A stretch of DNA of 64,000 nucleotides. Origin: Bacteroidales bacterium (GTDB lineage Bacteria > Bacteroidota > Bacteroidia > Bacteroidales > CAIWKO01). The notes beneath the pieces were generated by a model. It made no database searches. It saw nothing but the letters and a program-made list of their open reading frames with translations, and had not been told where the DNA came from. Of this stretch, positions 55,857-64,000 are shown in pieces. Position 1 is the first letter of the stretch. Every line of letters starts with the position of its first letter. The position numbers were made by a program, and so were the translations under genes. Location: assembly GCA_035389045.1 (NCBI GenBank), contig DAOORA010000003.1:62001-126000 (forward strand), read 5' to 3'.

Positions 55857-58658
55857 ATGAAAAAGATTGTTTTGTACGTATTCTGTACGTTATTGATAAA
55901 TATTGTGTTGGCCCAGACACCACAAAAGTTTAATTACCAGGCAGTTGTAAGGGATAGCTCGGGAAATATCCTTGCCAACCAGCCGGTTTCATTCCGGATC
56001 AGCCTGTTACTGGATTCCGTTACTGGAAATGCTGTTTATGTTGAAACACAAAAAGATACTACAAATTCATATGGAATTTCAGTGATTAAGATAGGTGATG
56101 GGAATCCACTACTTGGAACCATGACGGGAATAAACTGGGCAGGTGGCCCCTATTATATAAAAGTTGAACTGGATCAAAATGGAGGAACGGCTTTTACTTA
56201 TATGGGGATCACACAGCTTGTCAGCGTACCTTATGCGTTACATTCCCGGACAGCCGACAGCATCAGCGGTATGCTGCCTGAAACGGATCCGGTTTATAAT
56301 ACATCGGTGGCGCATAGCATAACAGCATCGGATACCACCAAATGGGAAACTGCTTATGGCTGGGGAAATCATGCAATTGAAGGTTACCTGACAAGTTTTA
56401 CCGAAACGGATCCGATTTTTGGCACCTCACCAGCAAACGGAATTACAGGTACAGACATCACTCATTGGAACACTTCTTACGGCTGGGGTAATCATGGATT
56501 AGCCGGATACCTGACAAGTTTCACCGAGATGGATACAATGATCTGGAAAAAAAATGCCGGCAATATTTACTATAATTCCGGCAATGTGGGTATTGGTACC
56601 AATTCGCCCGGTAATGCTCTTTCTGTCACTGGCAGTGCAAATTTCTCCACTTCCGTGTTGTCTCCGCTGTATAAGCCGCTGGTGGGTGAGGGTAACAGTT
56701 TATCTATTGTCGCCAACGACAACCCTAACGGCGAAGGAGGGTCCATAATGGTTACTGCTGGTACAGGCCAGGCCCAGGGAGGGCATCAGGGCGGAAACAT
56801 TATACTTCAGTCAGGGAGCCTGATGTCTGAAGGATATGCGACACCCATTAGTTCGACTATCATACTTACCGGAAATCAGACATCCCAGGGCGGACCTGGT
56901 GGCAACATCAACATACAGGGCGGGGCCGGCACTTACAATCGTCCGGGGGGTAGCATCTGGATGGTTGCCGGTAGTGGAAATCCTACTTATGCGAACGGCG
57001 CGGGAGGTAATGTTTATGTAGCAGCAGGCAATGGATCAGGCTCAAACCCAAGCGGTAATACAATTATTAGCGCCGGATCTGGTGGTACCGGCAATGGCTA
57101 TATCGGATTTCAGTTAGGAAGTCTGGAAAAAATGCGTGTAGCAGCTTCCGGCAATGTCGGTATCGGGACTACCGTTCCTCTGGGCCTTCTCCATGTGAGC
57201 AGCAGCGGAAATACACTGCTGAAAGCCGGAAAACATGCATTACTGTCAGGATTAAACAATAATAATACCCTCGATACGGCAGGTTCAGTTACTATAACTG
57301 GTGGCAGTGATGTAGCCGGAATTGGGAAGGGAGCCGGATCTGTTACCATGACGGCAGGGGCATGGGGCGGGACAGACCGTGCAAAAATAATACTTAATAG
57401 TGTTGGAATCGGAGGCACCGGTGGAGGTATCTTAATATCCGGCGGGTTCAACACGGCCGGATCTATTTCTGTGGGACGGCGGATGAACAATGGGGCTCCG
57501 GCCGGTGGCGTTGTGATTTCAGGAGGTGTGGGCGGAGGCAATGGAAACGGAGGATCAGTCACCCTGTCAGCAGGAGCAGGATCAGGTGATGTTTCTTACC
57601 GGGGCGGAGATGTCATTATTAATGGTGGTGCAGGTCTTTTGCCTTCGCCGGCAGGTAACATCCTTTTCAAGATTGCGGAGGTAAATGTGGCAAAAATTGA
57701 CAGTACGGGAAGGATGGGTATAGGAACCATTCGTCCCGGCGCAAAGCTTGAGGTGAACGGAACTGTAAAAATTACCGACGGCACACAGGGCGCAGGCAAA
57801 GTGCTTACTTCTGATGCAAATGGCCTTGCAAGCTGGCAAAATGTTTTGGGAAGCGAATCCGATCCTGTTTTTGGCGCATCTCCCGCTGCTGGTGTTTTCT
57901 CAACGGATATTGCCAATTGGAACACCGCTTATGGATGGGGAGATCACGCTTCTGCCGGCTACCTGACATCGGAAGTTGACGGATCGCTTGCCAATGAATT
58001 ACAAACATTGAGCATCAGCCACGATACCATTGCGTTAAGTAACGGTGGAGGATATGTCAAAATCCCTGAACAAAAAAGCGTCCCCGCATTGATTACTTAT
58101 GACGACTTTGCATGCACAGCACTAAAGAGTTTTTGGTCCTTTACAACTACAGGAGGGGCTACATTATCTTTTGGCTGGAATAATATGCAGGCGGTTGTCT
58201 TATCAACAAATGGTGGTAATACGATAAAATTAAAGTCAAACAGAAAAAAATCTGTTAACGACGGAATACTTGTTTTTACAGCTGTTAGTCATACTTATGA
58301 AGATAATAACCAGGCTTATGGCCCGCTGTCAAGGGGATTGGTTAGTGATTATGACCGGACTAATTACGCCATTGAATTTATTAACATCAGCGGAAGCACC
58401 ATACAGGCAAGAACGGTCTCCGGAGGTACGGCAACAACCACGGATTATGCTGTCGGAGCCACGGTGGCAGATTTGCATAGTTACACTATTATAGCCAGTA
58501 ACACCAAAGTTGAATTTTATTTTAACGGAACCTTAATTGCCACTCATACGACAAATATTCCCACAGTACCTTTAAATATGTATTTTGATGCAAGTACATG
58601 GACAGGTAATGTTCCGCATGCGATAGATGATGCAAAATTTGAAATAATTCCTTATTAA
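55857..58658 (+). CDS. Exported fibre-like protein with ETDP/WGNH repeats, Gly-rich modules and ConA/LamG-like tip
   Basis: QTPQKFNYQAVVRD head; three ETDP...WNTAYGWGNH-type repeats; HSYTIIASNTKVEFYFNGTLIATHTTNIP; no CTD. Confidence 0.85.
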   Translation: MKKIVLYVFCTLLINIVLAQTPQKFNYQAVVRDSSGNILANQPVSFRISLLLDSVTGNAVYVETQKDTTNSYGISVIKIGDGNPLLGTMTGINWAGGPYYIKVELDQNGGTAFTYMGITQLVSVPYALHSRTADSISGMLPETDPVYNTSVAHSITASDTTKWETAYGWGNHAIEGYLTSFTETDPIFGTSPANGITGTDITHWNTSYGWGNHGLAGYLTSFTEMDTMIWKKNAGNIYYNSGNVGIGTNSPGNALSVTGSANFSTSVLSPLYKPLVGEGNSLSIVANDNPNGEGGSIMVTAGTGQAQGGHQGGNIILQSGSLMSEGYATPISSTIILTGNQTSQGGPGGNINIQGGAGTYNRPGGSIWMVAGSGNPTYANGAGGNVYVAAGNGSGSNPSGNTIISAGSGGTGNGYIGFQLGSLEKMRVAASGNVGIGTTVPLGLLHVSSSGNTLLKAGKHALLSGLNNNNTLDTAGSVTITGGSDVAGIGKGAGSVTMTAGAWGGTDRAKIILNSVGIGGTGGGILISGGFNTAGSISVGRRMNNGAPAGGVVISGGVGGGNGNGGSVTLSAGAGSGDVSYRGGDVIINGGAGLLPSPAGNILFKIAEVNVAKIDSTGRMGIGTIRPGAKLEVNGTVKITDGTQGAGKVLTSDANGLASWQNVLGSESDPVFGASPAAGVFSTDIANWNTAYGWGDHASAGYLTSEVDGSLANELQTLSISHDTIALSNGGGYVKIPEQKSVPALITYDDFACTALKSFWSFTTTGGATLSFGWNNMQAVVLSTNGGNTIKLKSNRKKSVNDGILVFTAVSHTYEDNNQAYGPLSRGLVSDYDRTNYAIEFINISGSTIQARTVSGGTATTTDYAVGATVADLHSYTIIASNTKVEFYFNGTLIATHTTNIPTVPLNMYFDASTWTGNVPHAIDDAKFEIIPY

Positions 58659-58989
58659 TCTGAATTATTCACAAAAAGTGAAGCGAATTTGTGAATAGTG
58701 GGTAGAATGTGTGAAGGCATTCAGATTAACCCCGATTTAGAAAAACATATTTTCAATAGAATATATCGGGAAAAGCATTGAAAATATTGGTTTGAGTCTG
58801 TCTCAAAAGCCTCATTTCATTGATATATTTCTCCGTGTCCGCCGCGGCGGACTCTGTGTTGTCTCTGTGAATCTCTGTGTAACAGTAAAATAAAAATTAC
58901 ACAGAGCGACACTGAGGACACACAGACCTGCCTGCCGGCGAGGCAGGGTTACACAGAGGTATTTTGAGGCAACCTCTTAATCGGGTTAA
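58658..58989. repeat. Nested inverted-repeat / REP composite
   Basis: ctctgtg units facing cacagag units; inserted tccgccgcggcgga (58838-58851) and cctgcctgccggcgaggcagg (58927-58947); outer arms ctcaaaagcctc/gaggtattttgag and ttaaccccgatt/aatcgggttaa. Confidence 0.75.
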
Positions 58990-59009
58990 AAATATTCAAA
59001 AAGGATCAA

Positions 59010-59438
59010 TTATTTTTCCAGCACCATCTTATAATGTTCTATTCCTGCTTCGGTAAAAACTTCGCCGGATATGACAAAACCATGGCGCTGGTATAAGCTG
59101 CAGGCCCTGAGCTGAGAATGGAGATAAACCGGCAGCCCGAGTTGAATAACATTTTCCAGCACTTTATTCACCAATATCTTTCCGATGCCATTGTTTCGGT
59201 ATTCCGGTAAAACAGCAAACCGCTCTAATTTAATGCCCTGTGCAGTTTTGCGCCAGCGGGCAGCGCCAACGGGTGTTTCATCATCGTAAAGCAGGTAATG
59301 CGTGGCTTCGGCTTCGTGTTCATCGTATTCGAGTGCTGCCGGCACACCTTGTTCAGCGACAAATACTGCCTGGCGTATGGCAAAAGCCTGTTTAAATAAA
59401 TCCTGGTCAGAAAAGGAAAAAGAAATTATTCGGATCAT
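59010..59438 (-). CDS. GNAT-family N-acetyltransferase (ElaA/YjcF-like)
   Basis: IRQAVFVAEQGV, ERFAVLPEYRNNGIG, FTEAGIEHYKM. Confidence 0.9.
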   Translation of the reverse strand: MIRIISFSFSDQDLFKQAFAIRQAVFVAEQGVPAALEYDEHEAEATHYLLYDDETPVGAARWRKTAQGIKLERFAVLPEYRNNGIGKILVNKVLENVIQLGLPVYLHSQLRACSLYQRHGFVISGEVFTEAGIEHYKMVLEK

Positions 59439-59553
59439 CGGCGTTTTTTTTCAAAGATACAAAATGGAAAAAATTTCAGGAAATAAAACTATATAAAAAT
59501 TACGTATCTTTGTTGAACATCGAAGAAATAAAATTGTATAAAACAACTTTACT

Positions 59554-60456
59554 ATGAAAATGAAGAAACGTTACAATGCAGTTCTAAACGGTGGAATAAA
59601 TCCCGTTGAACAGCTTCTCGAAGGAAAAACAATCGAATCGGCTGAAATCATTCAGGAAAAAGCTGATAATGATTCCGATATCCGCGAATCGGTGAAAGTT
59701 GAATTCCATTCCGAAGGTGAAGCATTTGGCATCAATGCATGGTGTCAGATGTCACACTTGCTTGCATTAGGTATCTTCTCGCAGGATGATAACAAGGATG
59801 TTACCTTCCATCCTGGTGTGATGGTCAAAGGTCGTTACAATCAGCGGAAGACTGTTGAACCCAATAATCTAAATCATATTATTATGTTTGAATTACCGAA
59901 ATTACCTTATGAAGTAAATGCCCTTGAGCCGTTTATTTCTGAAAAGACCATAAGTTTTCATTATGGCAAACATCATCAGGCTTATGTTACCAACGTAAAT
60001 AAATTAATTGTTGGTACCGAATTTGAAAACGCCACCCTCGAAGAGATCATCAAAAAAGCTACCGGTGGTATTTTTAATAATGCCGCACAGGTATGGAACC
60101 ATACGTTTTACTGGAACAGCCTTGCTCCTAAGCCCAAAGTCAATCCTGAGGGGGCGCTGGCAGAAGCGATAAATAATAAGTTTGGTTCGTTTGATGCGTT
60201 CAAAGAGAAATTTTCAACAGCCTGTGTTACGCTTTTTGGCTCTGGCTGGGCATGGCTGGTCAAGACTCCCGATGGCAGCCTTGACATTGTCCAGGAAAGC
60301 AATGCCGGAAACCCGCTTCGCAACGGACTTACACCAATATTAACCTGTGATGTCTGGGAACATGCCTATTATCTTGATTTTCAGAACCGCCGGCCGGACT
60401 ATGTGGCCGAATTCTGGAAATATGTGAACTGGGACGAGGTAGAAAAAAGATTTTAA
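59554..60456 (+). CDS. sodB: Fe-type superoxide dismutase (core from ATG 59884) with a 110-codon in-frame upstream extension
   Basis: [23 protein letters not shown] (Fe-type AAQ), [16 protein letters not shown]. Confidence 0.92.
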   Translation: MKMKKRYNAVLNGGINPVEQLLEGKTIESAEIIQEKADNDSDIRESVKVEFHSEGEAFGINAWCQMSHLLALGIFSQDDNKDVTFHPGVMVKGRYNQRKTVEPNNLNHIIMFELPKLPYEVNALEPFISEKTISFHYGKHHQAYVTNVNKLIVGTEFENATLEEIIKKATGGIFNNAAQVWNHTFYWNSLAPKPKVNPEGALAEAINNKFGSFDAFKEKFSTACVTLFGSGWAWLVKTPDGSLDIVQESNAGNPLRNGLTPILTCDVWEHAYYLDFQNRRPDYVAEFWKYVNWDEVEKRF

Positions 60457-60579
60457 GTTTTTAAAATCTACGATCCGCCAAAGCGGACAGCGGTAGAAGA
60501 AAAAGGAAAATATTTTCCGCATCATAGATGCCCCTATGGTGTAGATAGTTCGGATATTTGAAAAAAAACAAAGAAAAAT

Positions 60580-61545
60580 ATGGATACTGAATTAAAAAAA
60601 GCAGCCATTATTGCATTGAGAGATTGCATGGGGCTGAAAGCAGAAGAAACCCTTTTGGTAATTACTGATGAATTAAAAAAGGACATCGGTGCGGCCTTGC
60701 ACGAAGCCGGAAAAGAACTTTGCAAAGAATCCCTGCTGGTAGAAATAAAATCGCGCGAAATCAACGGACAGGAACCGCCAAAACAAATTGCCGACCTGAT
60801 GAAAATGGTTGATGTTGTCATATGTCCGACCGACAAATCACTCACACATACCGATGCCCGCCGCGAAGCGTCAAAACTTGGCGTGAGGGTAGGGACGATG
60901 CCCGGAATTACCGTAGATTGCATGGTACGTTGCCTGAACGCCGATATCCAAAAAATACTGGATCTTACTGATTTTGTGGTTCAAAAAATGACCGGAATAA
61001 AACAAATACGCGTCGTTACCGAAAAAGGTACCGACATTACCATGCCTGTTGAAGGAAGGAATGTGCTGCCGAGTAAGGGTGTGATGCGCAACAAGGGCGA
61101 AAGCGGAAACCTGCCTTCGGGAGAAGTGTACCTTGCTCCCTGGGAAGGAAAGTCAAATGGTAAAGTCGTTATTGATGGCTCCATGGCCGGTATCGGGATG
61201 CTGAAAACTCCTATCACTATTGAGGTTGTGGATGGATATGCCGAAAAGATCACCGGAGGGGAAGAGGCTGAAAGATTAGCCGCGATGCTCGATAAAGTTG
61301 GCCGGGATGCCCGCGCGGTAGCCGAATTTGGCATTGGTACCAACTATAAAGCACAACTTACAGGTATGATACTCGAAGATGAAAAAGTTTTCGGAACCAT
61401 ACATATTGCCTTCGGGAACAATATCAGTATGGGAGGAAATGTCGCAGTAAGCAGCCATCTCGACGGGCTTGTCAACGAGCCGGATGTATATTTTGATGAT
61501 GTGCTGATCATGAAAAACGGGAAAATGCTTGGTTTTGTCGTGTAA
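60580..61545 (+). CDS. Aminopeptidase T / M29-like metallopeptidase
   Basis: GQEPP, SLTHT, NLPSGEVYLAP, AEFGIGTN, EDEKVFGTIHIAFG, HLDG. Confidence 0.85.
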   Translation: MDTELKKAAIIALRDCMGLKAEETLLVITDELKKDIGAALHEAGKELCKESLLVEIKSREINGQEPPKQIADLMKMVDVVICPTDKSLTHTDARREASKLGVRVGTMPGITVDCMVRCLNADIQKILDLTDFVVQKMTGIKQIRVVTEKGTDITMPVEGRNVLPSKGVMRNKGESGNLPSGEVYLAPWEGKSNGKVVIDGSMAGIGMLKTPITIEVVDGYAEKITGGEEAERLAAMLDKVGRDARAVAEFGIGTNYKAQLTGMILEDEKVFGTIHIAFGNNISMGGNVAVSSHLDGLVNEPDVYFDDVLIMKNGKMLGFVV

Positions 61546-61651
61546 TCAATCCCTTAAAGACCTATGATTTCAGGAAGGTCGCAGGAAAAATTAATGAAGA
61601 TGTTTTGTAAATTATATGTTCAGTTAATGAAAATAAATAAAAACAGCAACG

Positions 61652-62095
61652 ATGTTAAAAGCAATTATTAAAACGATAAAAGGCGACATGACGGTTACCT
61701 TTTATGAGAAAGATGCTCCCAATACGGTAAAAAACTTTGTTGACCTTGCAAAAAAGGGTTTTTATAATGGATTAACATTTCACCGTGTGATTCCCGATTT
61801 TGTGATACAGGGTGGATGCCCTTACGGTACGGGGGCAGGTGGCCCGGGATATACCATAAAATGTGAAACCATGGGCGGCAATCAGTATCACGACCGCGGT
61901 GTACTTTCGATGGCGCATGCCGGACCTGATACCGGTGGATCCCAGTTTTTTATCTGCCACAGCAGACGGAACACCTCACATCTTGACCGTAAGCATACAT
62001 GTTTCGGAAAAGTAATTGACGGGTTGGACGTTATTGACGCCATCCGCCAGGGTGATGTGATCCATTCTGTGGAAATTAGGGAAGAAAAAGAGTAA
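61652..62095 (+). CDS. Cytoplasmic cyclophilin-type PPIase
   Basis: [41 protein letters not shown]. Confidence 0.95.
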   Translation: MLKAIIKTIKGDMTVTFYEKDAPNTVKNFVDLAKKGFYNGLTFHRVIPDFVIQGGCPYGTGAGGPGYTIKCETMGGNQYHDRGVLSMAHAGPDTGGSQFFICHSRRNTSHLDRKHTCFGKVIDGLDVIDAIRQGDVIHSVEIREEKE

Positions 62096-63787
62096 TCAGA
62101 ATTTTGCTAATCCCTCCAGAAGCCGCTTTTCTTTTTCTTCCGGGCTGAGGTTGTCATATGCCTGTTTTTCTTTCAGGTATTTTTGGTGTTTTTCCTCTTC
62201 AATACGATGGATTTCAGATAGATATTTGTCGACAACACGGTTCTTCAAAAAGTCACTGGCCACGGCAGGGAATAATTCAAGCAAAAGCTCATCTTTTGGG
62301 TTGTCAGCAAGTTTAACATCGCCATATTCGGGGAAAGTCGGATTGTCCTGCTTTCTGTAATTTCTTGTATCATAAGGCGTTTCTTCCCTTACGCCGGCAA
62401 TTTTATAACGGAATTCGGGATCAATAGGAATAGGAGTATGACCGTACTGTCCTTTGACAAGATTAACAAACTGTATGGACTTGGTTGTATAAAAAGGCTG
62501 TCCTTTGTTTTCATCAATTATACAATTAACGGCCTGAACACCAACGATCTGGCTCGTCGGGGTGACCAGCGGCGGACAACCGGCTGCAAGCCGCACAGTG
62601 GGTATGACTTCAAGAGTGCGTGGCAACAATTTTTCTAATTTCAGGGCTTTCAACTGGGCAAGCATATTCGTGTACATACCTCCCGGGATCTCGGCAAACT
62701 TGACATTCTCGTTAGGTTCGGGAAATTTGAAATAACGTTCAATTTTATGACAGCAATCCAGCAGTTCTTCTTCTTTATTGCTTTTAGCATAAGCAATGGC
62801 CAGTTCAAAAAGATCGTCAATATCGCGGGGCAGCGAATCACGGGTGATGTCAAATTCGCGGGGAAACATTTTATAGCTGTCTACATCAGCCATTTCAACC
62901 CGGATATCACGCAGTATGTTATTAATACTGACGACAGCGTTCTGGTTTACACCTGTTTCAATATCTAATTTATTACAGAAAAGCTGTATGAGCTCATAAG
63001 CCGGAGCAGCGGGGCCACCGGCAAAGGTCATGATAGAAGTATCAAGTATGTCTGCACCATTGATAACAGCCATGAGGGCTGATGCCAATCCGTAACCCGG
63101 TGTGCAGTGCGTATGAAAATCAACAGGAACCTTAAGTTTTTGTTTCAGCAGTTTGATCAGGCGACCCGATCTGATCGGGGGAATAAGTCCTGCCATATCC
63201 TTGATGGTGATCATATCTGCGCCCATGGCTTCCATTTCGAGGGCTTTATTTAAAAAATACTCATCTGTAAAAATATTATTCGGAAGCAGTTTGGCGTGCA
63301 GTAATGCCCTGATCCTGTCCTTTGAACTGAAATGCGGGTCAACAGTATAACACACGGTGGCATCGGCAATACCTCCGTTTTCTTTTACATATTTGATGCT
63401 TGATTTTACATTGTTAACATCGTTTAGTGCATCGAAAATACGCATGATGCCAATCCCTGATTGTATGGAAAAACGGCAAAAACCTTCGATAACTTCTTCA
63501 GGATAAGGATTATATCCAAAAAGGTTTCTTCCCCTTGAAAGAGCCGTCAATTTCGACGAATCACCGATTACTGCCTTAATCTTTTCTAAGCGTTCCCATG
63601 GGTTTTCTCCCAGGTAGCGCATGATGGAGTCTGGAACAGCGCCGCCCCATACTTCCATAGCAAAAAAATTGGCATCTTTATACAAAGGAAGTACTTTATC
63701 AACCTGTGCCTGTGTCATTCGGGTGGCAAACAATGATTGTTGTCCGTCACGTAAAGTCAAGTCCCGGATTAAAAGCTTTCGTTTCAT
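62096..63787 (-). CDS. Pyruvate/oxaloacetate carboxyltransferase (OadA/PycB/transcarboxylase-5S-like), without a biotin carrier domain
   Basis: RDGQQSLFATRM, EVWGGA, RIFDALND, IKDMAG, HTHCT, IPGGMYTN, PPLVTPTSQIVG; no AMKM motif. Confidence 0.9.
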   Translation of the reverse strand: MKRKLLIRDLTLRDGQQSLFATRMTQAQVDKVLPLYKDANFFAMEVWGGAVPDSIMRYLGENPWERLEKIKAVIGDSSKLTALSRGRNLFGYNPYPEEVIEGFCRFSIQSGIGIMRIFDALNDVNNVKSSIKYVKENGGIADATVCYTVDPHFSSKDRIRALLHAKLLPNNIFTDEYFLNKALEMEAMGADMITIKDMAGLIPPIRSGRLIKLLKQKLKVPVDFHTHCTPGYGLASALMAVINGADILDTSIMTFAGGPAAPAYELIQLFCNKLDIETGVNQNAVVSINNILRDIRVEMADVDSYKMFPREFDITRDSLPRDIDDLFELAIAYAKSNKEEELLDCCHKIERYFKFPEPNENVKFAEIPGGMYTNMLAQLKALKLEKLLPRTLEVIPTVRLAAGCPPLVTPTSQIVGVQAVNCIIDENKGQPFYTTKSIQFVNLVKGQYGHTPIPIDPEFRYKIAGVREETPYDTRNYRKQDNPTFPEYGDVKLADNPKDELLLELFPAVASDFLKNRVVDKYLSEIHRIEEEKHQKYLKEKQAYDNLSPEEKEKRLLEGLAKF

Positions 63788-63842
63788 ATGGTGTTGTAAT
63801 ACAGTATTTTAAATAATAGTTGTCAGAGTGAAAAATACGGTG

Positions 63843-63850
63843 CAAAGGTA
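63843..63850 (-). promoter_or_regulatory. Bacteroidota -7 promoter element for the carboxyltransferase gene
   Basis: Reverse complement TACCTTTG about 55 nt upstream of the ATG at 63787. Confidence 0.6.
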
Positions 63851-64000
63851 GGTAAGTTTTTTATTTTGATGGGATATAGAAATAAATAATTTTTTAATAC
63901 AAAATCATTTAATAATAATATATAATTTTTAATAAGGTTATTTAGTGTTAGTAAAGGTGAATTACTTTTGTAAAAAACTTTATATGGAAATCTTTCTTCA

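Noticed and set aside
51303..58658. Prophage tail-fibre genes
   Set aside because: The proteins have Sec signal peptides, and no capsid, terminase, integrase or lysis genes are present.

Overview
A 64-kb chromosomal segment from a Bacteroidota bacterium, probably Bacteroidales-like. The assignment rests on TAnnTTTG -7 promoter boxes, A-rich translation starts, T9SS cargo with a PorP/SprF partner, and a MurF-Alr fusion. Most of the window is housekeeping: pheS (partial), two cyclophilins, tdk, ileS-dksA-lspA, gltX, tcdA, purQ, murF/alr, pdxA, futalosine-pathway mqnB/mqnD, miaA, a TrmH methyltransferase, a HisJ-type PHP phosphatase, sodB and an OadA-like carboxyltransferase. Accessory or unexplained parts: (i) a 47.3-58.7 kb cluster of one T9SS-CTD dockerin/cohesin-like protein and three mosaic, signal-peptide-bearing fibre-like proteins that lack a CTD and share swappable modules and lectin-fold tips; (ii) a ~175-nt highly structured ncRNA candidate at 11.77-11.95 kb with its own promoter and terminator; (iii) an AAA/DUF4143-type ATPase gene bracketed by perfect 70-bp direct repeats made of two hairpins; (iv) a Fe-SOD with a 110-codon in-frame, structured 5' extension; (v) a DUF4153-like membrane protein fused to leucine-rich repeats; (vi) two small ORFs missing from the ORF track and several REP-like palindrome families. 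No rRNA, tRNA, CRISPR array, transposase, integrase or reverse transcriptase was recognised. All family assignments come from motif recognition by eye, not database searches.
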